A stretch of DNA of 63,257 nucleotides, filler included, from Octopus bimaculoides (lineage: Eukaryota), in NCBI RefSeq assembly GCF_001194135.2. It is 4 parts of 3 records of this genome, joined end to end, with 100 filler letters (N's around TTAATTAATTAA, not from the genome) between each part and the next. Parts side by side here need not be neighbours in the genome. Positions count along the whole stretch, not along the records: positions 27,957 to 58,747 come from NC_068999.1; positions 58,848 to 62,059 come from NW_026401488.1; positions 62,160 to 63,257 come from NC_068999.1; 1 more part is not named here. One strand, 5' to 3'. The notes beneath the pieces were generated by a model. It had not been told where the DNA came from, did not search any database, and worked only from the letters and a program-made list of their open reading frames with translations. Shown one piece after another: positions 52,150-63,257 of this stretch (position 1 is its first letter; each line of letters starts with the position of its first letter). Made by a program: the position numbers and the translations under genes.

Positions 52150-52180
<31 letters not shown>

Positions 52181-52439
52181 GCTGATAGAAAGAAAGAAAC
52201 AGCAATGAAATTTAAGACTGCGTATTTGGTACGGAATTCTAACAGGATGGCCAACTCCACCAATCTTAATAGACTTGGTGGGTAGGGATGATTAGTTAAG
52301 CAAAGGAGAGAAATAGCTTTGACTGGAAATTAAAATAGTATCATAGAGTCGACTCCTTGGTGACACGCCTTCGTTTTGCTCATCTAGTTTAATATTATTA
52401 CCAGGGCTATGTGAACTGTTATTGAATGGTAGAGCTAAC

Positions 52440-52930
52440 ACACTGTCTCGTTAAACACTAACACCGATCCCTTAGGATGTCTCAGAGTTAGCTTACTGAC
52501 AAGCTTAACGGACTGCTCTGTAACAGATCATCACCTCATCCTTCAGTGCTTTTGGTCGTAGGTGGTTGTCTTAACATATCTCTAAGTTTTGGTCTTTGGC
52601 TGCTTTAACAGATCTCACTTTGGTTATATGTATTCAGACAACACTTCTTGTGCCTTCTCTTCCCCACTTTTTCCCGCATGTATTAACCTTCACGTGTTCA
52701 GGTACTTCAATCCCACCAATCCGAGGAAAGGATTTGTAAGAGTTACCATCACTTCCCCTCCTCCTTTGGATAATTTATTTTTAAAGCATTCGGAAGATTT
52801 ATTTGCATAAGGGATCTTTTCTTTTTTAACAAAAGGTAATTTTGATAAAAGTGGAGATAAGGGACCGTATATTACTGGAATGTATCCTAAATTGTTTCTG
52901 GTCACGCTTGGTGGCGCTAATAATGTCACA
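52440..52930 (-). mobile_element. Possible decayed Gypsy-type protease/RT junction
   Basis: 'EVMVTLTNPFLGLVGLKYLN', 'EVLSEY', 'PKALKDEV / DDLLQ' in mixed frames; weak. Confidence 0.3.
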
Positions 52931-52994
52931 TCAATTTATATAGAAATAATCAATAGTTACATCTGTGAATTAATTGCAAGTTAAATAGCACTAT

Positions 52995-53100
52995 TATTAT
53001 CATTATTCCTTTTGGGTTCGATAAATTAAGTACACTAAGCTCAATGTAATCGATAGTACCCTCCACCAAAATTTCAGGCCTTGTGCCTTTAGTAGAAAGG

Positions 53101-53160
<60 letters not shown>

Positions 53161-53162
53161 GA
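52995..53162 (+). mobile_element. Family-B SINE 3' half with expanded (TTA)n tail
   Basis: 'gggttcgataaattaagtac...aaatttcaggccttgtgcctttagtagaaagg' followed by about 20 TTA units. Confidence 0.85.
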
Positions 53163-53470
53163 TAGGATGTGTGGTTGAGAAGTTTGCTTCGCAACCACAC
53201 GTTTTCGAGTTCACTCCATTATGTTGCATNNNNNNNNNNNNNNNNNNNNNNNNNNNNNNNNNNNNNNNNNNNNNNNNNNNNNNNNNNNNNNNNNNNNNNN
53301 NNNNNNNNNNNNNNNNNNNNNNNNNNNNNNNNNNNNNNNNNNNNNNNNNNNNNNNNNNNNNNNNNNNNNNNNNNNNNNNNNNNNNNNNNNNNNNNNNNNN
53401 NNNNNNNNNNNNNNNNNNNNNNNNNNNNNNNNNNNNNNNNNNNNNNNNNNNNNNNNNNNNNNNNNNNNNN

Positions 53471-53690
53471 ATATAGTTAAAATTTACAGAAATCCAAAGA
53501 CGGAGACAGGTGTATAAACAACAAACAAGTGTATTAGTTTAATGCTTGGGAAGGTGACAAAGTCTTTTACGTTTCCAGCTTACGCTCTTCAACAGAAAAG
53601 AACGCGAAGAAATAAACAGAAAGAGAATTAAAAAAAGACTTTTGGAGCTAGAGGTCAATCATGGCGGCAGGCTGGACAAAGGTAGTTAGA
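53471..53690 (-). mobile_element. Penelope-like LTR-type repeat with degenerate hammerhead motif
   Basis: Minus strand CTGTTGA-A-GAGC-GTAA-GCTG-GAAAC-GTA-aaag at 53595-53564. Confidence 0.55.
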
Positions 53691-53764
53691 CAGGAGAGCT
53701 AAGAAGAAGGGGAGATAACAAAGGGGAGATAACAAAGGGGAGATAATAAAGTATGTGCTTATCA

Positions 53765-53965
53765 CACGTCCTCAGCGCTTGAGAACAGGTGTTAGTTCGT
53801 TTTTGTCCCCGTGACATAGCACTTCGGCCTAGAGAGTTCGATACCCTAAGTACCAGACTTAAAGAAAAAAACAATATGAGTACTAAGGCCTATTTTTCGA
53901 TTGAAGGCGATGTTCCAGTATGTCGTCAGTTCAAAGACTGAAACAAGTAAAGGAATAAAGAATAA
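53765..53965 (+). mobile_element. SINE family A-related 3' half, degraded
   Basis: 'gtccccgtgacatagc...taagtaccagactt...aagactgaaacaagtaaaggaata'. Confidence 0.65.
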
Positions 53966-54686
53966 ACAAATGAAATAACACGAGAAATTTGCTTTAGCTA
54001 ATAAGTTAATTTAATAAATATTTTTAATTTTAAAATTAGTATTCATTTCATTGCTTTACAGCTTCGCCATAAAATTTTAAAAAATTAAATATTATAATTA
54101 TCATACCTTTGTAACATTAGTGGATATTGCCCACAGTGGAAACAGTACCCAATTTTTGTTATCTATCTTAAACTAGACAGGTAACAAATGTTAACATCTA
54201 CTGATTTTGAGATAGCCAGGTAGACGGGGAAAGCTGAATATCTTAAATCATTTAGTTCAACACTTTACTGTCCTAGCTATGCAGTAGATTTCATTAACAC
54301 GATCATTAAAAATTAATTATTATATTTAAGTAATATTTGTGAGTGCATTAACTGCAGTAATAATTTTTAATTAAAGCTAAGGCAGTTTGAAAAAAGAGCA
54401 ATAATGCTGATAATAGTCAAATAGAAATATTAATTTACGCTGCTTCGTTTTTAAGTGAAATTAATTGGATGACATTAACACAATGCATGCATTGATACAG
54501 ACATAGCTACGTGGTGTTAAGAATTCGCTTCGTAACCAGATGGCTCTGCGTTCAATCCAAATTTCTGGAACCTTGCACAAAAGCCTCCATTTGGCCAATA
54601 ATTTGATAATTTGGCAGAAGGAAACTGTGGAAGTCTCTCGTTTATATATGCAAGTGTGTGTGTGTGTGTGTGCACGTGTGTGTGAA

Positions 54687-54725
<39 letters not shown>

Positions 54726-54735
54726 NNNNNNNNNN

Positions 54736-54777
<42 letters not shown>

Positions 54778-54784
54778 GCATTTA

Positions 54785-54991
54785 TTATTTTATTTGTTTC
54801 AGTAATTTGACTGCGGCCATGCTGCAGCACAGCCTTTAGTCGTACAAATCGAACCCAGGACTTATTCTTTGTAAGCCTAGTTACTTATTCTATCGGTCTG
54901 TTTTGTCAAACCGCTAAGTTACGGGGACGTAAACACACCAGCATCGGTTGTCAAGAGATGTTGGGGAGACAAACACAGACGCACAAACATA

Positions 54992-55068
<77 letters not shown>

Positions 55069-55114
55069 GACGGGCTTCTTTCAGTTTCCGTCTACCAAAT
55101 CCACTCACAAGGCT
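54785..55114 (-). mobile_element. SINE family A lacking the tRNA head
   Basis: Tail, microsatellite and core are present; similarity stops abruptly after 'ccactcacaaggct' at 55114. Confidence 0.9.
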
Positions 55115-58099
55115 ATCACAACCATCGACTTATTCTTGGGTATCTTTAACAGAGTTGACTTTGTTGCAAGCATTCGCACCTGGGCTCCGGTCTAAAAGTT
55201 ACTTCATTCTTCCTTCATTGCATTTGTCCTTCACATCAGTCTCGAAGATCCTGAAAAATTAAACGGTTATGAGCGCTGTCCCGCTTCTTCTTATAAAGCT
55301 ATGAAAGTGACATGTCTATATTCTATAGCGTGTGAGTCAAGATGCGCCTTGAAAGACGTGCTGGTCACATTTTGTAGCCGTTAAATAAATCGTAAATATA
55401 CATGTGTCTAACGAATATTATTGTTTTCCCACTTCATATTAAATAATTTCTGTTAGAAATATCTTGAGATTATCAACGAAATATAACATTGCAAATGAAA
55501 CAAGAGCACTTAATTAGATTTTTTTTATAAATAATGAACAAAAATCATTAAAATTACTTTATATCAAACTTGCTTAAAACTTGGAACCACTAAAATAATT
55601 ACTAGATATTCTATAGACACGTAAACGGTGTTTTAAAATTTTCATGTAAATTTTTTAAATATTATTTCTTGTATTATTTTTGCGAATTTTACATTTTCCG
55701 ATAAATTTAGTGCAATCTTAATTATTTCTTTTACTTTACAAAATTTAATTCAATTTATTTCAATGAAAATCGGTGAATTGTGTTTTCGTTATGCAACTGA
55801 TAACATTATTACATTTTAAGCCCCGGGTGATCCTAATTCTTTATAGGTGAATACTGATCGTCATACACTCACACACTCTCACACTATGTGCATTACACTA
55901 CATTCCACATATTCACGCTACACACACACTAAACACACTAGTCTATACATCCCATACGTGCACACACACACACACACACACACACGCACGTGCGCACACG
56001 CTTACACACTCGCTTTCTTCTTTGCACGCTCTCACCATCGACACCCTCACATTCTCCCTCTCTGTACGCTATACACCACATTTTACACCTTCCCACTGTA
56101 CACTACACACACTACCAGCCACACCTCACACGCACTCATTCACTGCCCCACATTTCCCACACACCTTTTCGCTCCCTGCTTCACAAATCACGCACTCACT
56201 CCCAAGCCCATATTTCACACCTACTCATCCACGCTTCACACGCGGTTTCGCTCCTTACCTAACATTTCACATGCACGCCTTGACTCCCTACCCCCACTTT
56301 TCGCACCCGCGCTTTCATTTCCTACCACCACATTTAACACTTCATAAAAAAGGTCACACTGCAAATTACACTTTTTATACAAACCGTCTCTCCCTTCCAA
56401 ATCATAATCCGCACATACTCATTTAACACTCAACAGTATAAATCTCACTTCACCCAACCCTCATTTTATTTACTACATACTGCACGCATATTTCATACAG
56501 CCATTCTAACACTACACTCATATCCTAATCTGTATTCTGTATACGACATATTAGAAACTGTTTCACTATACATTTCACACCTCCACATTTCACATTACTA
56601 AATACTGCAAGCATATTTGATATACCCATTTTAACAACACACTCCGCGCTGCATATCCGAACCCCTATTCTGTATACCACATATTAGAAGCTGTCTCAAC
56701 ACACATTTCAGACCTCTACATTTCACAACCATCTGTAGCACTACAATTCAACTTGCCACTTATTACATTTCACAGACACATCATTATTTTTCACTTCATA
56801 CTCCATATTTGACACAACTAATACTCAACATTTCACAACTTACATTTCATAGTTACAGCATAACTATATACTTCCCATTTCTCATTAATAGTCTGGTACT
56901 CAATGTTCTACAACTCACACACCATAGGTATACCATAACTGTTTATTTNNNNNNNNNNNNNNNNNNNNNNNNNNNNNNNNNNNNNNNNNNNNNNNNNNNN
57001 NNNNNNNNNNNNNNNNNNNNNNNNNNNNNNNNNNNNNNNNNNNNNNNNNNNNNNNNNNNNNNNNNNNNNNNNNNNNNNNNNNNNNNNNNNNNNNNNNNNN
57101 NNNNNNNNNNNNNNNNNNNNNNNNNNNNNNNNNNNNNNNNNNNNNNNNNNNNNNNNNNNNNNNNNNNNNNNNNNNNNNNNNNNNNNNNNNNNNNNNNNNN
57201 NNNNNNNNNNNNNNNNNNNNNNNNNNNNNNNNNNNNNNNNNNNNNNNNNNNNNNNNNNNNNNNNNNNNNNNNNNNNNNNNNNNNNNNNNNNNNNNNNNNN
57301 NNNNNNNNNNNNNNNNNNNNNNNNNNNNNNNNNNNNNNNNNNNNNNNNNNNNNNNNNNNNNNNNNNNNNNNNNNNNNNNNNNNNNNNNNNNNNNNNNNNN
57401 NNNNNNNNNNNNNNNNNNNNNNNNNNNNNNNNNNNNNNNNNNNNNNNNNNNNNNNNNNNNNNNNNNNNNNNNNNNNNNNNNNNNNNNNNNNNNNNNNNNN
57501 NNNNNNNNNNNNNNNNNNNNNNNNNNNNNNNNNNNNNNNNNNNNNNNNNNNNNNNNNNNNNNNNNNNNNNNNNNNNNNNNNNNNNNNNNNNNNNNNNNNN
57601 NNNNNNNNNNNNNNNNNNNNNNNNNNNNNNNNNNNNNNNNNNNNNNNNNNNNNNNNNNNNNNNNNNNNNNNNNNNNNNNNNNNNNNNNNNNNNNNNNNNN
57701 NNNNNNNNNNNNNNNNNNNNNNNNNNNNNNNNNNNNNNNNNNNNNNNNNNNNNNNNNNNNNNNNNNNNNNNNNNNNNNNNNNNNNNNNNNNNNNNNNNNN
57801 NNNNNNNNNNNNNNNNNNNNNNNNNNNNNNNNNNNNNNNNNNNNNNNNNNNNNNNNNNNNNNNNNNNNNNNNNNNNNNNNNNNNNNNNNNNNNNNNNNNN
57901 NNTATATGATTAATGAGAGACGGAATATGGAACATACAGAATCTTTATTCATCACTACAATTGTTTCAACTCCTCTAGCATCGACACATTGCAGGTGGAA
58001 TACTGGACATCTGGTTTAGGTATATCCCTCGGTGTAGATGTGTGTCTTCAGGTGACTTCAATAGGTATCTCTTCTTGATCTTCGTATATAGAAGTGGGA

Positions 58100-58685
58100 A
58101 ATTAAGGTATACACCTTCATTCTTATAGAAGATCCATAACAAAATGCGAAGAAAAGCAATGCCAATGAGAATGAAAAGCATCAGCTGCGGCCACATCGGG
58201 ATAATAACAAAAATAGAGATACAGCCAACATGGTAACGGCACCAGAAAATGAAGTCAGCAGGGCCACAAACGCAACTAAATCTAATAAATGATCGCACAG
58301 AGAAAAAACAAAATTCCCTTCGATGAACCTCTATACGAGTACCAATGTTGAATCTAAGTGCATCGTATACACAAGAGAAAGACCGTAAGTTTACATTGGT
58401 GCAACCTCTGATTCGTTCAAAACCCGATATCGAAACCATGTCTCCAGGTCTCCAGCTTCAATAAAATCAACAAGAGACAAACATCTTTGACTGCTTTTAA
58501 GGAGGATAAGATTAGATAAGATCTCACTTGATGAATAATAAGGCATGCACAACCGTACAATATACTTTCCAGGAGATGAAGGTTATACTCTGAAGAACCA
58601 GTGTCCATTTTGTGGGCCAGTGAGAAGCTCATTAACAGAACTTCTGGAAGACTATCAAGATACTTGCAAGCTACTAAATTCTATA
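58100..58685 (+). mobile_element. Penelope-like element GIY-YIG endonuclease remnant (Neptune/Poseidon-like)
   Basis: 'KIHNK', 'VYIGATSDSFKTRYRNH' (from 58389), 'IIRHAQPY', 'LINRT'; many lesions. Confidence 0.75.
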
Positions 58686-58747
58686 TTTACATCAATACAT
58701 ACATACATACATACATAAATATATATATATATATAATTATATATATA

Positions 58748-58847
58748 NNNNNNNNNNNNNNNNNNNNNNNNNNNNNNNNNNNNNNNNNNNNTTAATTAAT
58801 TAANNNNNNNNNNNNNNNNNNNNNNNNNNNNNNNNNNNNNNNNNNNN
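58748..58847. other. Artificial scaffold linker N44-TTAATTAATTAA-N44
   Basis: Exactly 100 bp. Confidence 0.95.
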
Positions 58848-59309
58848 AGCTACTGCCAATATGCTTCAGCCATTTTTTGACAAGGAAATAATAATTTTAT
58901 CACCGCCAGAATCGTTTGAGATTCGTTTGTTTACGTAGTCAGCACTTACTCTATTCGGCTGAATGGACGTCAGTCATTGGTTGAAATTACAGAAATACGA
59001 CAACTTTAACATAAAATAAGTTGCAATATAATAATTTTTCGTAAGAAGACTAAGAGAAAAAGATGTTTTATATGACACATTCTACCAGTGTCCCAAGTTT
59101 CAAAGTGTTTCGTTAAGAAAATACTGGTGCCCCCGTTTTGGACTATATCCGCCGTTGCTGCTGCTACCACTACAACTACTACTGCTGCTGATAGTGGTGG
59201 TGGTGCAGCTGCTGCTGGTGGCGGTGGTGGTGTTTGTTGCAAGTTGACTTTTCAAACGGTCTAAAAACTTGTATGTGTATGGCATACACAAGTTGTGGTG
59301 ACATCAGAG

Positions 59310-59350
59310 AGATAGATAGATGGATAGATAGATAGAGAGACAGATAGATG

Positions 59351-59407
<57 letters not shown>

Positions 59408-59409
59408 AC

Positions 59410-59456
<47 letters not shown>

Positions 59457-59500
59457 GACAGACAGACAGAGACAGACAGACAGAGACAGACAGACAGACA
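59310..59500. repeat. (AGAT)n/(AGAC)n compound microsatellite
   Basis: Seen directly. Confidence 0.97.
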
Positions 59501-59619
59501 GACACACAAATAGATAGAGAGGCAGGTAGACATCCAGACAGACAAAAATCATGTAAACACACTTTAACAGCCGACAACTCGATTTTCATTTCTTTTCAGA
59601 TTTAACCCTTTGGGAACAA

Positions 59620-60165
59620 TGAATTGAGTCAGTCTTTCACCTAAAGTGCTACCGGAAGCTCGAAAACGCTGACGAAGTACAAAAATATTTTAGACAGGAA
59701 TTTCAAACAGACTCGACTGTGTAATTTACCATCACTCGAATCAAAAGTTAGCTGCAGGCAGGGGAAACTGTTCAAAATGTACCCAAGAAACATTCCGGAG
59801 GACCCCCCCAGATACTAACGAGCCCCACAAATTATGAAAGGGTACTAAAGACGTATTGCCAGAGTCCAAGAAATTCATGCAGCGAGGGAGCCATGAGATG
59901 GGGAATTTCCAAAATCAAGCACGCATCATGTTTTGAAGTCCTATCATTAGAAAAGTACACTCCAAGACTAGTCCATGCTCTCAATAAATATGATAGGAAC
60001 TGAAGAGTGGAGTTTGGTAAGTGGTACTTAGCATGGTGTCCATGTAGAAGAGTCATGCTTTCAAATATTGCTTCGAGAGATGAGGTTACACTTAAATTAA
60101 ATGGTTCAAATTACCACCATAACTGCATGTGGGACGGACTTGAAAATCCGCATATTACACACTGT
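59620..60165 (+). pseudogene. Tc1/mariner-superfamily transposase N-terminal half, rosa/DD41D-like, decayed
   Basis: 'LKCYRKLENADEVQKYFRQEF', 'KKHSGGP', 'SPRNS', 'PRLVHALNKYDRN*RVEF', 'SRDEVTLKLNGSNYHHNCMW..LENPH' (WSDEA.F.LNG.VNRHNC.YW..ENPH motif). Confidence 0.85.
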
Positions 60166-60684
60166 GTAACAATTAAAAAAAAACTTATTTTAAATTTTTT
60201 TCGTGTGTCTTTGGTCAGTAAGTGTTATTTCCTACATGCCTCTTTTTAGAAATCAGAGGAAATGACTAGTATTCTCCTTAAACTTTGTTTTTTCTAACCT
60301 GGACGTTTTGAAACTGACCTATTTTCCATTACATTTCAGACAGATTCAAGCAGAAATATCGTCATAGCAAATATTCTGCTGAGTACAACAGATCTGTTTG
60401 CTAGTTGCTTGACCTTAACCACTTGAGATTTTATGTCCCTTAATGGCTGACAATATGTGCATCTCTGATGATGAGCAAGAATAGTGGGGGAGCGTCACAG
60501 CCGTGTATTGAGAGGGGTTCTTTGAGGCTTGAATCAATGTAACAAAAGCAAAGACTGAAGGAAACATTAGCCATTTTTCATAGTTTCCAGGAGTAAGCAA
60601 ACAGGAAATAACAGTCATTAGCCAATGAAAAGAATTGTGCTATACAGTGTTATGGAGGAATATATTATGTTAATTTACCAGGGT

Positions 60685-61070
60685 GGAAGCGCAATGGCCC
60701 AGTGGTTAGGGCAGCGGGCTCGCGGTCATAGGATCGCCGTTTCGATTCCCAGACCGGACGTTGTGAGTGTTTATTGAGCGAAAACACCTAAAGCTCCACG
60801 AGGCTCCGGCAGTGGATGGTGGCGAACCCAACTGTACTCTTTCACCACAGCTTTCTCTCACTCTTTCTTCTTGTTTCTTCTGTTGTGCCTGTATTTCAAA
60901 GGGCCAGCCTTGTTACACTCTGTGTCACGCTGAATATCCCCCGAGAACTACGTTCAGAGTACACGTGTCTGTGGAGTGCTCAGCCACTTGCACGAGCAGC
61001 AGGCTGTTCCGTTGATCGGATCAACTGGAACCCTCGACGTCGTAAGCGACGGAGTGCCAACACACACACA
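60685..61070 (+). mobile_element. tRNA-derived SINE, third family (C), apparently full length
   Basis: A-box TGGCCCAGTGG (60695-60705), B-box-like GTTTCGATTCC (from 60739), a long central body, and a 'ggagtgccaacacac' tail. Confidence 0.85.
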
Positions 61071-61574
61071 ATTACTATTACTAACAATAGAACATGGAGG
61101 ACTAGCCTTACTACCCGTGAGAAAGATTTGTTTTGTTATCTCATCAAAATAAATTTGCCGACAACAGATAAAACGAATGTTAAACAAACAAACGTTCATC
61201 CGCCTTTCAGATATTTACGATGAAGTGGATGACCTCAAAGCAACACAGCGGCAGGTCCCCACTCTGGCGGGGCCAATCACTGCTAAATAACATCATCGCC
61301 TAAAGTACAAGTTTTATATCCGGTACGGCAGTTCATTTAACCAAACTATAAACAACTCTGTTGTTAATCGGAAAAAAGATAAAATTGGAATGCCTTACAC
61401 GCATGACATTTTATTCATGATTAACTTATGGTTGCATATTTTATTCCAATAAATATACTGTCACAATAGTTACATCATTGTATTTACTTTAGTATGGAAT
61501 TAACAATTAAGCCAGAGAAGCACGTACTTAGGGAGTCGGGGGACATCATAGAAATGGTAAATGGTTTACGACAC

Positions 61575-61712
61575 AAAAGGAATTACTTCAAAATTTACTA
61601 AAATTATATTCATGATGCCTTATCTCTACTAAGTACAGAAGCAGATGTGTTACGTAAGATCAATTTTGAGGATCTGATCAAAGACTTTGCAATTAAGAAA
61701 ACGAAAAAGTTG
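61575..61712 (+). pseudogene. hAT transposase extreme C-terminus remnant
   Basis: 'KRNY...ALSLLSTEADVLRKINFEDLIKDFAIKKTKK' matches KNYLRS...L.LLSIE......I.FDDII..FA.KK.RK. Confidence 0.75.
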
Positions 61713-62012
61713 AACGAAACTATTCAAAATAGGTACATAAATACATAAGGTTAAGCTATAAATACACACACATATACATACTTTTACATATACATACATA
61801 TACTAAATGCACATAAATGCATATACCTACACTTAAATGTACATGCATATGTGAATGTATATGTATACAAAGAAATCAATTATTATTATTATTATTAGAT
61901 GCATTGTCCTTTTAGTAAATAAATTGATATTATATGTCTGAAAGTTGAATACCACCTATTGATCCCCTCCATTTTGTTATTGCTCTCTCTATCTATCTAT
62001 CTCTCTCTCTCA

Positions 62013-62059
<47 letters not shown>

Positions 62060-62159
62060 NNNNNNNNNNNNNNNNNNNNNNNNNNNNNNNNNNNNNNNNN
62101 NNNTTAATTAATTAANNNNNNNNNNNNNNNNNNNNNNNNNNNNNNNNNNNNNNNNNNNN
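62060..62159. other. Artificial scaffold linker N44-TTAATTAATTAA-N44
   Basis: Exactly 100 bp. Confidence 0.95.
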
Positions 62160-62330
62160 GATGTGAAATTAAGTGAATAAAATAATATTGCAAAACTCTG
62201 GTTTCTTTTCGGTATCCACTTTATACCTAGAAATAAGAGTTAAAATACTCTTAATGCGGTAGGAAGAGCGCATAGAGTATACATACATATTTGTGTGTAT
62301 ATTGTGCCTGACTGCTTATATTAACTTTTA

Positions 62331-62394
<64 letters not shown>

Positions 62395-62990
62395 TCTGAA
62401 CAGGGTACCAAAGTGATTCTCACTGAATTGTCAGTACCATACGAGAGCCGAATAGTAAAGCACCACATCTTTAAGATGGTCAAATATGGTGAACTGGCAA
62501 AGCAGCTGGGGGGTGGGATGGTTACCACTGTACTGTGAAACCAGTTGAAGTTGGATCGCAAGGATTTGTGACTGCATCAACCTGTCGGCTACTCGGGCAG
62601 TTGGGTATCAAAGGCCGCAGAACTGCCACAATCAAATGCATGATGTAGCTGAAAAGAGTTCAATGTGGATATAGGTGAAGAGGAATGAGCAATGGATCTA
62701 GTTATGGATTCCATTGGTTATTTATAGGAATAGAAGGAAGAAGAGAGCTGGTTCCTTTGTCGGTGAAAGTGGCCTAGTGGGCTGAAACACAAGTTCACAA
62801 AAGGAACGCCCCAAGTTCAAATTCTGCTAGAGACAGGATTTTGGAAAGCAGCAGGAGGACACCTAGGGGTCATGACCTGGGTGGGCCCGGCTCCCGTAGA
62901 GTGTCAGGCATAAAGGCCGAAACACTTGTCGGATGGGAGTTCTTCCTCTGATGATCTTTCATAAGGTGCGTTCACCTTGCCGCTGCGTTC
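62395..62990 (+). mobile_element. HERO-type RLE non-LTR retrotransposon 3' end plus 3' UTR
   Basis: 'KVILTELSVPYESR...KMVKYGELAKQL..GW....VKPVEVGSQGFV...LLGQLGI.G...DVAEKSSMWI*VKRNEQW*' matches the HERO C-terminus (IELTVPWE...KY..L...GW...PVEVG.RGF...AAE..S.WLW.KR...W). Confidence 0.85.
62890..62960 (+). ncRNA. Candidate hammerhead ribozyme with rearranged segment order
   Basis: GTC 62903-05, GAAA 62919-22 and CTGATGA 62948-54 are all present, with helices predicted by hand (see findings). Confidence 0.55.
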
Positions 62991-63257
62991 ATGTTATATG
63001 GACTGTTAGATATGTAATTCGTCTGACGTTCCGTGTGTCATGTGGTTCGTCTGAGTTCATTGTTTCATTGTTGTTGTCTTGTGGGACTGTCGTAGTAAAA
63101 TGTCATTGATATATATATGGCGGACATGACTTTTGTTTATTCATAACGAACATTGGGTGAGTGCGTTCTTTGTATGTAATTGAACAATAAATGTAATAAT
63201 TAAATTGTATAACTCGTTTTGTTATCTCTGCGAGTCACCCGAGGGAAACATAACAGT

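Noticed and set aside
55130-55270. Minus-strand acceptor-like site with a possible Tc1-like 5' region
   Set aside because: Stops in all frames and no matching TIR found.
57975-58439. 154-aa hydrophobic minus-strand ORF resembling a membrane protein
   Set aside because: It is antisense to the A-rich Penelope GIY-YIG remnant, which explains the Phe/Ile/Leu bias.
60685-60760. tRNA gene call for SINE heads (also 17940, 31072, 36455)
   Set aside because: A/B boxes are present, but there is no complete cloverleaf and the heads continue into repeated SINE bodies.

Overview
AT-rich eukaryotic non-coding DNA, about 15% assembly gap (roughly 9.3 kb of N by my count) and dense in microsatellites. The SINE sequences and repeat style look like an Octopus (coleoid cephalopod) genome; this is inference from recalled repeat families, not a database hit. 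I find no supportable host protein-coding exon, tRNA, rRNA or CRISPR array, and nearly all ORFs in the track are microsatellite or gap read-throughs. The window holds decayed mobile elements. These are at least three tRNA-derived SINE families, several R4/Dong-type RLE LINE pieces, a HERO-type 3' end, RTE and CR1/L2-group 3' ends, two Penelope-like GIY-YIG fragments, an internally deleted mariner with intact ends, a rosa/DD41D-like transposase and hAT remnants. The most interesting signals are a candidate hammerhead ribozyme with non-circularly permuted segment order in the HERO 3' UTR (62890-62960), a spacer-less ~575-bp palindrome (42569-43143) and several other ribozyme-like cores. Assembly artefacts (three N44-TTAATTAATTAA-N44 linkers and one uncollapsed 237-bp overlap) limit adjacency inferences.
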